Below, piece by piece: positions 27,041 through 37,121 of a stretch of DNA of 50,874 nucleotides. The stretch spans positions 1 through 50,874 of the forward strand of contig JAUSEG010000006.1 in NCBI GenBank assembly GCA_030650415.1, written 5' to 3'. The DNA is from a bacterium (lineage in GTDB: Bacteria; Patescibacteriota; Patescibacteriia; Patescibacteriales; GWC2-42-12). A program made the position numbers and the translations under genes. Positions within the stretch are counted from its first letter, which is position 1; every line of letters starts with the position of its first letter. The notes beneath the pieces are model-generated. The model was not told where the DNA came from. It ran no database searches and worked only from the letters and a program-made list of their open reading frames with translations.

Positions 27041-27799
27041 ATGGCGAAGAAACATAAAATTATTATTTATGGCTTGAGCCTGGCGTTAGCGATCGCGGCC
27101 TATCTCTTATTGGCGCATTTTTTCATTTTTTATCGCATTAAAACCGCCGGGTTAATCGCGCCGGATCGGCAGGACATCTATGTTATCGGCGCGGATAAAA
27201 CTATGGCTAAAAATTTATTATATGTTGCCTTGGGCGATAGTTTAACTGCCGGCGCGGGCGTGTTTAAGTATGAAGAATCTTATCCTTATTTATTAACCCG
27301 GAGTCTGGCCGGCGGAAAAGCGGTCGGAGCAAGCCTAAAGAATTTTTCTTATCCCGGAGCTAAGACGTCTGATTTAATAAAGGGTTTGCTGGCGCCGGCC
27401 GTGGAGGCTCAGCCGGATTTAGTTACTTTATTAATCGGCACTAATGATATTTTCGGCGGCGTTAGCCGGGCGGTTTTTAAAAAAAATTATCAGTATATAT
27501 TAGAACGTTTAACTAAGAAAACCCAAGCTAAAATTTATTTAATTAATCTGCCTCATCTTGGTACGCCTAAACTGCTCTTAACGCCTTACGATTATTATTA
27601 CGCCTGGCGCACCGATCAATTTAATAAAATTATCAGAGAATTGGCCGAAAAGTATAATCTAAATTATATTGACTTGGATCGGTCGACCAGGGCTGAATTT
27701 AAAAAAGATCGTTTACTATACGCGAAAGATTTATTTCATCCGTCGGCGGCCGGTTATAAGCTTTGGGCGCGAATAATTTATGACGATATCAATAAATAA
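27041..27799 (+). CDS. SGNH/GDSL hydrolase with N-terminal TM
   Basis: LGDSLT, IGTND, DLFHP. Confidence 0.92.
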   Translation: MAKKHKIIIYGLSLALAIAAYLLLAHFFIFYRIKTAGLIAPDRQDIYVIGADKTMAKNLLYVALGDSLTAGAGVFKYEESYPYLLTRSLAGGKAVGASLKNFSYPGAKTSDLIKGLLAPAVEAQPDLVTLLIGTNDIFGGVSRAVFKKNYQYILERLTKKTQAKIYLINLPHLGTPKLLLTPYDYYYAWRTDQFNKIIRELAEKYNLNYIDLDRSTRAEFKKDRLLYAKDLFHPSAAGYKLWARIIYDDINK

Positions 27800-28928
27800 C
27801 CCGGTCGAATCAACTTATATTTTTGCCGCCATACTCTTAGTGGCGATTATAGTTTGGACGCGCCGGCGCCGAGGCGGTGATTTTTTTCCGCCCGAAGCAA
27901 CTCAAGAGCTTAAAGGCTTGGCGATTTTAGCCATAGTTTTTTCGCATATCGGCTATTTTTTAATTTCCGGACAAAAATTTCTTTTTCCTTTATCGGTTAT
28001 GGCCGGAGTGGGCGTAAATTTATTTTTATTTTTATCCGGTTACGGCCTGACCGCCAGTTCCATAAAAAGCAAGTTTACATGGAAAAAAATTGGGCAATTC
28101 TATCGGTGCCGCTGGTTAAAATTATTTATGCCTTTTTGGCTGACTTTGGCAGTTTTTTTTCTTTTAGATTATTTTTTGCTTGATTTAAATTATGGCCTAA
28201 GCTATCTGGTTCAGTCTTTTTTAGGATTTTTTCCTCGAGCCGATTTATATAATGACGTTAATTCACCTCTCTGGTATTTTAGCTTGATTTTGTTTTACTA
28301 CTTGCTTTTCCCCTTGGTTTTTCTCCTGAGAAATCATCGCCTGTCGGCGCTAGCGGTTTATTTAATCACTTACTTAATAATCTGGTTGAATCCCGGTTAT
28401 TTAAGCCAGGTTATGCATCTATACAAGGTTCATATCCTGGCTTTTCCTCTAGGCATGCTCTTCGCCAGCCTGTATTATGAACCGAATAATTTTTTAAATC
28501 AGGTCGTTTTTCGCATTCGGAGCCTGGTTTCAGGAAGTTCATCCGGAGTTAAATATTTTAAAAAAATCTTTTACTGGATTTTTGTAATAATTCTTTTAGC
28601 CATCGCCGTCTATACGGCAGATTATTCGAATATCGGCAGCTACAAGGAAGAATTTACCAGTATCATTACCATGTCGGCGCTGATAATTCTATTTTTAATT
28701 AAGAAAATTAATTTTGGCTTTTTATATATTGTAGGCGTATATTCTTATGAAATATACTTGCTCCATTGGCCGATTCTTTACCGCTACGAAATGTTTTATG
28801 GGTCCATGCCGGCTTGGCTGGCGACCGCCCTGTATTTATTATTGTTTTTAATTCTCGGCTTGGCGTTAAAAAAAGTTTCGGAGGTGGTTTTGAAATTTTT
28901 TAATCGAGGGGAGAAAATAGTTAATTAA
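27780..28928 (+). CDS. Acyltransferase-3 family membrane protein
   Basis: LKGLAILAIVFSH, GVNLFLFLSGYGL, LWY, SYEIYLLH. Confidence 0.9.
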   Translation: MTISINNPVESTYIFAAILLVAIIVWTRRRRGGDFFPPEATQELKGLAILAIVFSHIGYFLISGQKFLFPLSVMAGVGVNLFLFLSGYGLTASSIKSKFTWKKIGQFYRCRWLKLFMPFWLTLAVFFLLDYFLLDLNYGLSYLVQSFLGFFPRADLYNDVNSPLWYFSLILFYYLLFPLVFLLRNHRLSALAVYLITYLIIWLNPGYLSQVMHLYKVHILAFPLGMLFASLYYEPNNFLNQVVFRIRSLVSGSSSGVKYFKKIFYWIFVIILLAIAVYTADYSNIGSYKEEFTSIITMSALIILFLIKKINFGFLYIVGVYSYEIYLLHWPILYRYEMFYGSMPAWLATALYLLLFLILGLALKKVSEVVLKFFNRGEKIVN

Positions 28929-28931
28929 TTT

Positions 28932-30275
28932 ATGAAACAGCGATTGGCAAAATTAATTCCAGCCGGCAGCGTGGTTTTAGGCATTACTATTTTAATTTCC
29001 TATTCATTGGGCTTGGTCCGCGATCATTATTTCGCCCGGATTTTTGGCGCTAGCCGGGCCTTAGACGCTTACAACGCGGCTTTTTTAATTCCCGATTTGC
29101 TATTTAATATTCTGGTCGCGAGCGGCATCGCCGCGGCTTTCGTTCCGGTCTTAACCGGGCTTTTAAAGCTGGACGCAAAGCGCGCCGCCGAATACGCCAA
29201 TTCGGTTATTACGGCCGCTATCGGATCGATGATTATTACTTCGGCGATTATTATGGTTTTTGCCGGTCCGATTAGCGCCTTGGTGGTTCCCGGCTTTGAT
29301 TTAACGGATCGAGCTCTAGTAGCTAAAATTCTTCGCGTCTTGGCTATTTCGCCGATATTTTTCGGCATCTCTAATGCCATCGGCGCCATGCTTGTCACTA
29401 AGCGGCGTTTTCTCTATTACGGCCTGTCGCCGGTTTTATATAATTTGGGAATTATCGGCGGTACGATTTTCCTCGCTCCGCGTTTTGGAATTATGGGCGT
29501 GGCTTTTGGCACGGTCGGCGGAGCCTTTCTTCATTTCGCCGTCAGATGGTTTGACGCGCGGCGGTCCGGCTTTGTTTTTAGTTTTAAACATGCCTTTAAG
29601 ACCGCGGAATTTAAGCAAACGATTAAGCTGATGCTGCCGAAAATGTTCGGCCACCCAATCGAGCTCGCGACTTTTTGGGCCTTTACGGCCATTAGCTCCA
29701 CCTTGGTTCCCGGCTCGGTGGCGGTTATGAGTTTTGCCAGAAATTTTGAAAGCGTGCCGGTCAGCCTAATCGGCATAACCATCGCTACCACGACTTTTCC
29801 GATTTTAGCCATGACGATTGTCGATCGTTCGGTTGAACGCTTCCGGAAAGTTTTAAGAAATTCTTTTCTGCTAATATTTTTTACGAGCATCGCCGCCGCT
29901 TTGGTGACTTTCTTGATTAGAGAACCCTTGGTTAGCTTGGCTTTAGGCGGCGGAGCGTTTAAGGCCGGCGACATTGAGAGAACAGCCATGGCTCTAGGCG
30001 TCTTTACTTTGGCCATACCGGCCGAGGCTTCAATTCAGCTCTTGGCGCGCGCTTTTTATGCCACAAAAAACACGATCATTCCGGTCGTGCTAAGTATCGC
30101 GGGTTTTATTATTTCGGTCGGCGGCGCCTATTTACTCGTGCCGCGCTATGAGATTTTAGCTTTGCCGCTGGGATTTTTTATGGGCGGGGCGGTGGAATTA
30201 GTTTTATTAGGATTCTTAATTTCTATAAGGACAAAAAAATTGTTTGATCATGTCGCTAAAAATGAAATACTTTAA
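28932..30275 (+). CDS. murJ: Lipid II flippase MurJ (MviN)
   Basis: LGLVRD...FGA...DAYNAAFLIPD, AFVPV, RAFYA.KNT. Confidence 0.9.
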   Translation: MKQRLAKLIPAGSVVLGITILISYSLGLVRDHYFARIFGASRALDAYNAAFLIPDLLFNILVASGIAAAFVPVLTGLLKLDAKRAAEYANSVITAAIGSMIITSAIIMVFAGPISALVVPGFDLTDRALVAKILRVLAISPIFFGISNAIGAMLVTKRRFLYYGLSPVLYNLGIIGGTIFLAPRFGIMGVAFGTVGGAFLHFAVRWFDARRSGFVFSFKHAFKTAEFKQTIKLMLPKMFGHPIELATFWAFTAISSTLVPGSVAVMSFARNFESVPVSLIGITIATTTFPILAMTIVDRSVERFRKVLRNSFLLIFFTSIAAALVTFLIREPLVSLALGGGAFKAGDIERTAMALGVFTLAIPAEASIQLLARAFYATKNTIIPVVLSIAGFIISVGGAYLLVPRYEILALPLGFFMGGAVELVLLGFLISIRTKKLFDHVAKNEIL

Positions 30276-30276
30276 G

Positions 30277-30465
30277 GCAATTGTCTGGCGTTAGTAATTT
30301 TTTCTCCGCCAGCTGGCGGATCGCTCACACCATTTTTTAAGTTATATTTTAATATTTTTGTTGAAACCAGGACAGGAAATTATTAATAGTTTGGGACAGG
30401 GGGAGAAAAAATGGTGGGGGCTCAAACAATCCTCACTTCAAAAATTACTAACGCCAGACAATTGC
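30277..30465. mobile_element. MITE-like 189-bp element with perfect 26-bp terminal inverted repeats
   Basis: GCAATTGTCTGGCGTTAGTAATTTTT / AAAAATTACTAACGCCAGACAATTGC; inner CACCATTTTT/AAAAATGGTG and TCCGCCAGCTGGCGGA. Confidence 0.6.
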
Positions 30466-30472
30466 TAATTTG

Positions 30473-31144
30473 TTACTTCGATATAATCAACGCGATTTTC
30501 CTATTTGCTTCCATTTTCTTCGTGGCGTTATTCCAGTCGGCCGAAGCTTTTTGCAAAACAGAAAATGAGTATTCATTGCCTTCGCCATTATCGGTGCCCG
30601 GGTCGTTAACTATGAAAGTGTGACCCCTGAAACCCCTGACGACTATCATATGGTAAGTTGGGCCGTCTTTTAAATATTGCGGACTGTTTAAGAGTTTAGC
30701 GTTAATGGGCAGTAAGATCGGCTGTCCTTTAAGCAGCTCGGTTTTTAAATTCGCTTCCGTATAGTCTTTTATTTCCTTAACTTTTAAGCCGAAAGCCTCT
30801 CGCGCCATTCTGGTCGTGGCGCCGGCTCCGGTGTCGGCGTTATAGCCTAAATTGGCTTGTTCCCAGGTTTTTAAATAATTTATGGACTCTTGAGTCAGGG
30901 GAGCGGACAGTTTTTTTTCCAGGTTGCCGTCTAAAAAGGCCTTAACCATAACTAGACTGGTTTCTTCGCAGTCCTCATTGCGGCTCCAGTTGTTAGTCGG
31001 AGCTTGAGCGCTAAAAGGCACTTCCAGGATAAAGCTGGTTGGGAAGTTTTTTAGTGCCGCGATTTTTATAACATAAAATCCGGCTCCGCTTAATAAAATA
31101 AAAGCCATTCCGACATAGAACCAGTATGATTTTAGACTTTTCAT
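30473..31144 (-). CDS. C39-like peptidase with N-terminal TM
   Basis: VPFSAQAP, CEETS, YHMIVVRG, NDPG; likely start MKSLK at 31144. Confidence 0.85.
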   Translation of the reverse strand: MKSLKSYWFYVGMAFILLSGAGFYVIKIAALKNFPTSFILEVPFSAQAPTNNWSRNEDCEETSLVMVKAFLDGNLEKKLSAPLTQESINYLKTWEQANLGYNADTGAGATTRMAREAFGLKVKEIKDYTEANLKTELLKGQPILLPINAKLLNSPQYLKDGPTYHMIVVRGFRGHTFIVNDPGTDNGEGNEYSFSVLQKASADWNNATKKMEANRKIALIISK

Positions 31145-31160
31145 ATTTAATTTATTAATC

Positions 31161-31217
31161 ATCAAATAAAGATTTTACGGCCGTAGAGCTTTGCTCGCTG
31201 TAAAATCTTTATTTGAT
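31161..31217. repeat. 21-bp stem hairpin between the peptidase paralogues
   Basis: ATCAAATAAAGATTTTACGGC / GCTGTAAAATCTTTATTTGAT. Confidence 0.75.
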
Positions 31218-31272
31218 ACTTTATATTTTTTGAAAATATTAAAAACTTTTTCTAAAAAAGTTTTTAAAGGTA

Positions 31273-32085
31273 TTATTTTGAAACCACAATCATTAATTTC
31301 TTGGACTGGTCTATGGTATCGGTCTTATGATCCCAGTCCGCGCCCGCGCTATAGAGAGTCTTAAAAGCGTAAGAGTAGTTCTGCCCGAGCCGGGTGCCGG
31401 AGTCATTGGTAATTAGTTTAGTCTCAGTATAGCCGCGGATTACCAGCATATGGTAAATCGGTCCGGGCTGTTTGTAATTAGGGTTGCCAATCACTCGTCC
31501 GTTGACCGGTAAAATTACGACATGCTGTAAATTGAGTTCACGCTTAATATCCGCTAAAGTATAGTCGTTAAAAACTTTCGCTTGCAAACCGTAGAAACCC
31601 TCAATCATCCGCGCGGTTTCTTCCGTCGTAGAGTCTAGGTGGTAGCCGAGGTTTTTATCCTGCCAGACAGTTAAATCGCTAATTTCTTTTTCCACTCGGG
31701 TCGCGGGAATAACCGCGTTTCGGTCGCCGGTTAAATAGGCGTTAGCCATTATGGCGCTCGCTTCCTCGCAAGCTTCGTTATGAAGCTTGTCCCAGTTGCC
31801 AGTCGGCGCTTGGGGCGTAAAGGGAATTTGCAGATTTAATAGGTTCGGATTTTTGGGAGCCGGAACAGCCGTTTCGGGCGCTGGCGCGGTTATTTCAGGC
31901 GTCGGAGTTTTAATATCCGCGAGCGGGCTGCTATTTTCGGTCGTGGCAGTTGTCTTTTCAATTTGATCATTGTCATTAATAACTTTTGGCACTTTACTGT
32001 TGAAAAAATTAATCGCCACCGCCAAAAGAATTATCGCGACAATAAGCAAGAGACCGTAAATTTTTATTTTTTTTGGATTTGTCAT
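31273..32085 (-). CDS. C39-like peptidase with TM and Pro/Thr linker (tandem paralogue)
   Basis: IPFTPQAP, ACEEAS, YHMLVIRGY, NDSGT. Confidence 0.85.
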   Translation of the reverse strand: MTNPKKIKIYGLLLIVAIILLAVAINFFNSKVPKVINDNDQIEKTTATTENSSPLADIKTPTPEITAPAPETAVPAPKNPNLLNLQIPFTPQAPTGNWDKLHNEACEEASAIMANAYLTGDRNAVIPATRVEKEISDLTVWQDKNLGYHLDSTTEETARMIEGFYGLQAKVFNDYTLADIKRELNLQHVVILPVNGRVIGNPNYKQPGPIYHMLVIRGYTETKLITNDSGTRLGQNYSYAFKTLYSAGADWDHKTDTIDQSKKLMIVVSK

Positions 32086-32221
32086 AATCGTGAGATTTAA
32101 TTATAGGCTTTATCGCGGTATTTGTATATAGCGCTTTTCGCTTGTAAAATTATCCAATATATGATAATTTACTTTTGTTAATTGTCCTTTTTAACAATCA
32201 ACCTAAAGAACGGAAATAAAC

Positions 32222-33271
32222 ATGAAAATCATACCCAACGAGAGAATCACCATGCGTCGTTTTGACGACCTGCACTGCCATTTTCGGCTCAACCCGCTTC
32301 TAACCGAAGTTTTGCCTTATACCACGCGCTACGCTAGCCGGGCGATCGCTATGCCAAACACTCGGCCGCGCGCCATCCTTACCGGCAAAGACGTAATTTG
32401 GTATCGCAATGAAATTATGAAGGCGCTCGAAGTTTCGTCCGATTCGGAAGCGGATTTTGAGCCACTCATGACCATCGAGATCAGAGATAACACTTCGTCG
32501 AAGATGATTGAGGAAGCGTGTAGGGCAGGCGCGATCGCCGGCAAGGTCTATCCTCTCGGGGTTACCACCAATTCGGACGAAGGGCTCAAGAATTTTTTTA
32601 AGCCGGAAATTTTGGATACTTTTTGGGCCATGCAGGACGAGGGTATGTTGCTTCTTCTCCATGGCGAGCTGGATTTGCCACGAACACTGGTGACGAAACG
32701 GGAACGGGCTTTTCTGCCGATTCTTCGAACCCTGGCCGAAAAGTTTCCGGAATTGAAAATTGTGCTTGAGCATGTTTCGAGCGAAAGAGGGATCAATATG
32801 GTGGAGCGGCTCGGCGACAACGTGGCCGCGACGATTACCGCCCATCATCTCTGCTTGACCTTGAACGATGTCATCGGCGATGGGATAAGGCCACATCACG
32901 GTTGCAATCCCATGCCCAAGGATTTTCATGATCTCGACGCGCTCCTAAGGGCGGCGACCAGTGGCGATCCGAAGTTTTTTTTGGGTTCAGACTCGGCGCC
33001 TCATCCGAAAGAGAAGAAAGAAGGCGCTAAAGGTTCTTGCGGCGTTTTTACCGCGCCGGTTTTGCCCGAGCTTTTGGCCGAGATTTTCGAGAAAGAGGGA
33101 AAACTCGATCGGCTCGAAGATTTCACTTCGCGTTTCGGCGCCGAGTTCTACGGTTTGCCCCTGAACCAGGGGACTATCACGTTGGTGAAAAACAAATGGA
33201 TCGTGCCGGAGCAGATTGGCAGCGTGGTGCCGTTCCGCGCCGGAACCGAACTCCAGTGGCGGCATCAATAA
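32222..33271 (+). CDS. pyrC: Dihydroorotase, homodimeric (E. coli PyrC-like)
   Basis: DDLHCHFR, AMPN, KVYP.GVTTNS, LHGE, LEH, TITAHHL, FLGSDSAPH. Confidence 0.92.
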   Translation: MKIIPNERITMRRFDDLHCHFRLNPLLTEVLPYTTRYASRAIAMPNTRPRAILTGKDVIWYRNEIMKALEVSSDSEADFEPLMTIEIRDNTSSKMIEEACRAGAIAGKVYPLGVTTNSDEGLKNFFKPEILDTFWAMQDEGMLLLLHGELDLPRTLVTKRERAFLPILRTLAEKFPELKIVLEHVSSERGINMVERLGDNVAATITAHHLCLTLNDVIGDGIRPHHGCNPMPKDFHDLDALLRAATSGDPKFFLGSDSAPHPKEKKEGAKGSCGVFTAPVLPELLAEIFEKEGKLDRLEDFTSRFGAEFYGLPLNQGTITLVKNKWIVPEQIGSVVPFRAGTELQWRHQ

Positions 33272-33395
33272 TCACCCCGCCCACTTTAATCGTAAAAAAC
33301 GATTTTTAGTGGGCGGTTTTTTATTTAAAAAAATTGCCGCGCGCGATTATAAGGCCAAGCCTTGCATAAAAATATGAAAGTGATATTATAAGAGT

Positions 33396-33694
33396 GTGCT
33401 GTGGTTAAGAAATGGAGGTAAACCGTTAAAACAAATCAAACCGATGGAACCAACGGATCACGGAACAACAGCCCAGCGAGTGGCCGGTTGTTTAGACTTT
33501 CAACCTTCGCTCATCTACCGATATTGCCTATGAATATCATCAACACTTCTCGCACTTCCTAATGCCCTTAGGCGGCCCCCCGAACGGGGCCTTTGGTAAA
33601 CTCAACCTCCTTGGGTATGGAGGGTCGCTTGCAACGCAGGCGAAAACAGCCCACCTGGCAATCTTGAGCACCAAGCTCTCGGTTGCCTCTTTTT
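33396..33694 (+). ncRNA. Candidate ~300-nt structured RNA (unassigned)
   Basis: Promoter TTGCAT-16-TATTAT (33362-33389), a run of hairpins, and a terminator GGCAATC..GAGC..GCTC..GGTTGCC plus TCTTTTT; only very short ORFs. Confidence 0.45.
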
Positions 33695-33863
33695 ATCCTT
33701 TGACTTTTTATGAATGATGTAGTATAGTAATTATCAAAGTTGCCGCACTAAGTGGCGGTTTTTATTTATACACGAAAAGAACGAACAATAAAGACAAAAA
33801 GTATTAATCAGATAATAATTTTGGCAATTTATTTCGTTTAGCTTCGTTAAGTTTATATATTTT

Positions 33864-35654
33864 ATGGAAATCAGAAACATCGCGATTATCGCCCATGTTG
33901 ATCATGGCAAGACCACTTTAACGGATAGGTTAATGCAGCAAACCGGCATGACCGAGGCGGGCGTTACTATGGACTCGAACGCTTTGGAACTTGAGCGGGG
34001 CATTACCATTTATTCAAAAAATACCTCGGTGCTTTATAAAGGCACGAAGATTAATATTGTCGATACGCCCGGCCACGCGGACTTTGGTTCGGAAGTGGAA
34101 CGAGTTTTAAAATCGATTGATTCGGTAGTCTTAGTCGTGGACGCGCAGGAAGGACCCATGCCCCAGACGAAATTCGTTTTGAAAAAATCTTTGGAATTAG
34201 GTTTAAAACCGATTGTGGTAATCAATAAAATTGATAAGCCGGCGGCCAGAGCGGCCTGGACCTTAGAAAAAGTTTACGAATTATTTTTAGACTTGGGAGC
34301 GAATAACGAGCAACTGGATTTCGCGGTGGTTTACGCGATCGCGCGCCAAGGCATCGCTAAAATGAGTCTGGAGGCCGAGAGTAAGAATTTAGATCCGCTC
34401 TTGGATGTCATATTGGAAAAAGTTGAACCGGCCGGCAGTCAGGAGGCGGAAAAATTACCATTTAAAATTCAGCCGTTTAATTTGGCTTATGATAATTTCA
34501 TGGGCCGTTTAGCGATCGGTAGAATTTATGAAGGCATAGTTAAGCAAGCCGACAATGTTTTCATAAAAACTCCGGAAGGGCAAATCAGAACCGGAAAAAT
34601 CAGCAAACTCTATACTTTCGAAGGCATTAAGCGCAAAGAAGCCGAGCAGGCCGTGGCCGGAGATATCGTTATGATTGCCGGTCTGCCTGATATTTATATC
34701 GGCGAAACGATCTGCGCTTCGGTTGAAGTCCAACCTCTACCGGCTATTGCCATAGATCAGCCGACTATTTCGTTAAATTTTTTAGTTAACAATTCGCCCT
34801 TCGCCGGCAAAGAAGGGAAGTATGTTACCAGCCGCCAGATTAGAGAGCGCTTGGAAAAAGAATTGGAAGTTAATGTCGGGCTGAAAATTGATTTTAGCGC
34901 GGGCGATTATTATAAGGTTTACGGCCGCGGCGAATTGCATATTGCCATCCTGCTCGAAAATATGAGGCGCGAAGGCTTTGAACTGCAGGTTTCCCAACCC
35001 ACGGTAATTATTAAAGAAGAAAATGGCGTTAAGCTTGAGCCTTATGAAGAAGTGACGGTTGACGCGCCCCAGGAATTATCCGGTGTGATTATAGAAAAAT
35101 TAGCCAAACGGAAAGGCTTGATGAAGGAAATGATGCCTGAGCATAGCGCGATTAGAATGGTTTTTGACATTCCGGTCAGAGGCTTTCTCGGTTATCGTAA
35201 TGAATTCGTGGTTGATACTCGGGGCGAAGGCATTCTCTCCACGCACAATGCCGGCTTTCGTCCCTACGCCGGCGACATTCCAAAAAACGAACTTGGCTCC
35301 ATGGTTTCCATGGCTCAAGGCAAGGCTCTGGCTTTTTCCATTTGGAATTTGCAGGAGCGCGGCCAGATGTATATCAACGCCAACACCCAGGTTTACGAAG
35401 GCATGGTGATCGGCAATGTGGCCAAGGGTAATGACCTGGAAGTCAACCCGATAAAAGGCAAGCAGTTAAGCAACATGCGCGCCTCCGGTTCGGATGAAGC
35501 TATCTTATTAATACCATCGTATGAAATCACTTTGGAGCGGGGGCTGGCGATTATGAAAGCCGATGAATATCTGGAAGTTACGCCCAAGAGCGTTCGCTTA
35601 AGAAAAATTTATTTAACCAGAAACGATCGAACTAAGGCGAATAGAGGAAAATAA
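33864..35654 (+). CDS. typA: Translational GTPase TypA/BipA
   Basis: IAIIAHVDHGKTT, ERGITI, DTPGHADFG, NKID, GRGELH, EVTPKSVRLRK. Confidence 0.97.
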   Translation: MEIRNIAIIAHVDHGKTTLTDRLMQQTGMTEAGVTMDSNALELERGITIYSKNTSVLYKGTKINIVDTPGHADFGSEVERVLKSIDSVVLVVDAQEGPMPQTKFVLKKSLELGLKPIVVINKIDKPAARAAWTLEKVYELFLDLGANNEQLDFAVVYAIARQGIAKMSLEAESKNLDPLLDVILEKVEPAGSQEAEKLPFKIQPFNLAYDNFMGRLAIGRIYEGIVKQADNVFIKTPEGQIRTGKISKLYTFEGIKRKEAEQAVAGDIVMIAGLPDIYIGETICASVEVQPLPAIAIDQPTISLNFLVNNSPFAGKEGKYVTSRQIRERLEKELEVNVGLKIDFSAGDYYKVYGRGELHIAILLENMRREGFELQVSQPTVIIKEENGVKLEPYEEVTVDAPQELSGVIIEKLAKRKGLMKEMMPEHSAIRMVFDIPVRGFLGYRNEFVVDTRGEGILSTHNAGFRPYAGDIPKNELGSMVSMAQGKALAFSIWNLQERGQMYINANTQVYEGMVIGNVAKGNDLEVNPIKGKQLSNMRASGSDEAILLIPSYEITLERGLAIMKADEYLEVTPKSVRLRKIYLTRNDRTKANRGK

Positions 35655-35676
35655 AAAACGACAGTTTGATAACTTT

Positions 35677-35858
35677 TGTCATTGCGAGCCTTTAGCCCCG
35701 GGCTTGACCCGGGGAATCTCTTTATTTGTCATCCCCGCGAAGGCGGGGATCCAGAAAATTTTGTGGAAATGCCGCGCCCGCAACGCCTTGCTTGCGAGGC
35801 GGGCGGGGATTCCCGCCTTCGCGGGAATGACAGAAAGGTGGCGCTCCTCGCAATGACA
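35677..35858. repeat. Nested TGTCAT...ATGACA palindromic elements
   Basis: Outer TGTCATTGCGAG...CTCGCAATGACA; inner TGTCATCCCCGCG...CGCGGGAATGACA (35727-35832). Confidence 0.85.
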
Positions 35859-35888
35859 ATAAGCAAATGTCGTTTTTTATTTGAAAAT

Positions 35889-36284
35889 TTATTTTTTTAA
35901 TAAGTCCCTGATTTCCTCCAATAACAATTCCTGACGAGGAGTGGCCGGCGCGGGCGCTTGCGCTTTTTCTTGCCGCTTTAAATTGTTAATTATTTTTATC
36001 AGCATGAAGATGGCGAAGGCGATAATTAAGAACTCAATCGTGGTTTGGATAAAATTGCCATAATTCCAAGAAGCGGAAGGGGAGCCGTCGGCGGTTCTGG
36101 TCAAAATGATTTTCAAGTCTCTAAAGTTTATGCCGCCGGTGATGAAGCTGATGGGCGGCATGATTAGGTCGTTAACCAGCGAAGCGGTGATTTTACCGAA
36201 GGCGCCGCCGATAATTACGCCGACCGCCAAGTCGATAACGCTGCCTTTTACGGCGAATTCTTTGAATTCTTTAATGATTTTCAT
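35889..36284 (-). CDS. mscL: Large-conductance mechanosensitive channel
   Basis: [24 protein letters not shown]...[10 protein letters not shown]. Confidence 0.97.
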   Translation of the reverse strand: MKIIKEFKEFAVKGSVIDLAVGVIIGGAFGKITASLVNDLIMPPISFITGGINFRDLKIILTRTADGSPSASWNYGNFIQTTIEFLIIAFAIFMLIKIINNLKRQEKAQAPAPATPRQELLLEEIRDLLKK

Positions 36285-36405
36285 AAGTTTGATGGTTAGG
36301 ATTTACTTAACTATTATAGCACTTTTGATTTTTTGCATAAACTTTGAGTGATAAGTTTGGGTTTTTATGCTATAATTATTTTATAAATTATTTAACCAAG
36401 AACTT

Positions 36406-36633
36406 ATGCAAAATCTGATAAAAAAAATCAAGAGGAAAATCGACTGGGCCATAATAAATTTAGTTTCTACGGGCATAGTTTTGATTTTTCTGGGAATTTT
36501 AATCGTCTGGACCGATTTTGTCCTTAGACTCGTAATTGGGCTCTTCGTCATGGTTATAGCTTACATTTTTTTCTACTTGGCTTATAAAGTTTGGTGGATT
36601 AAGCGGGAAGTGGAAAAATATTTTAAATTGTAA
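36406..36633 (+). CDS. Small two-TM membrane protein
   Basis: Two hydrophobic helices, basic termini, TG-TATAAT upstream. Confidence 0.7.
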   Translation: MQNLIKKIKRKIDWAIINLVSTGIVLIFLGILIVWTDFVLRLVIGLFVMVIAYIFFYLAYKVWWIKREVEKYFKL

Positions 36634-36696
36634 AAAAAGACCCGCGCAGATTGTTCCGTAGAACGTTCTAACGCGGGGGTTTGCGACCACGAAAGG

Positions 36697-36966
36697 TCAC
36701 TTCCCTATATGGATGGCGCGGATTGCATTTTGCATTTGCCACTTGGCCGGACAATTGAAGGGGCACCTTGGCCAGCACAAGTGTTTAAGTTCGTCATCGT
36801 ATTTTGGGCTAAGGTTTAGCATATGGAGACTTATCTCTCCGGGCGTTCGCTCAATTCTTTGAGCATTTTCTTCCTGCTCTTGAGAGAGATGACACTCGCC
36901 AGACCTATTTCCAGTGAAGAACACTTTCCCCTTGGCTACCAATAATTCGATTTTGCGTTTATTCAT
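36697..36966 (-). CDS. Hypothetical small Cys-containing protein
   Basis: 89-aa ORF, CWPRCPFNCP. Confidence 0.45.
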   Translation of the reverse strand: MNKRKIELLVAKGKVFFTGNRSGECHLSQEQEENAQRIERTPGEISLHMLNLSPKYDDELKHLCWPRCPFNCPAKWQMQNAIRAIHIGK

Positions 36967-37121
36967 GTGATTTTCTCCGAAAAGTTTTGCCTGTCTTGAT
37001 TGACGGGACTATTATTAAAGCATAACAATTTAAGAATGTCAAGCTTGATTTTTTGCTTAATAAATGTTAATATAAAAATGTTAAATTGCCATAATTTAGC
37101 TGAAATTAACATTCTAACAAT

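Noticed and set aside
29069..30016. Several overlapping ORFs within murJ
   Set aside because: Shadow frames of a well-supported gene; the same applies to those in pyrC, typA, metG and the A2M gene.
35676..35900. 74-aa ORF MSLRAFSPGLDPG...
   Set aside because: It is a translation of nested palindromic repeats.
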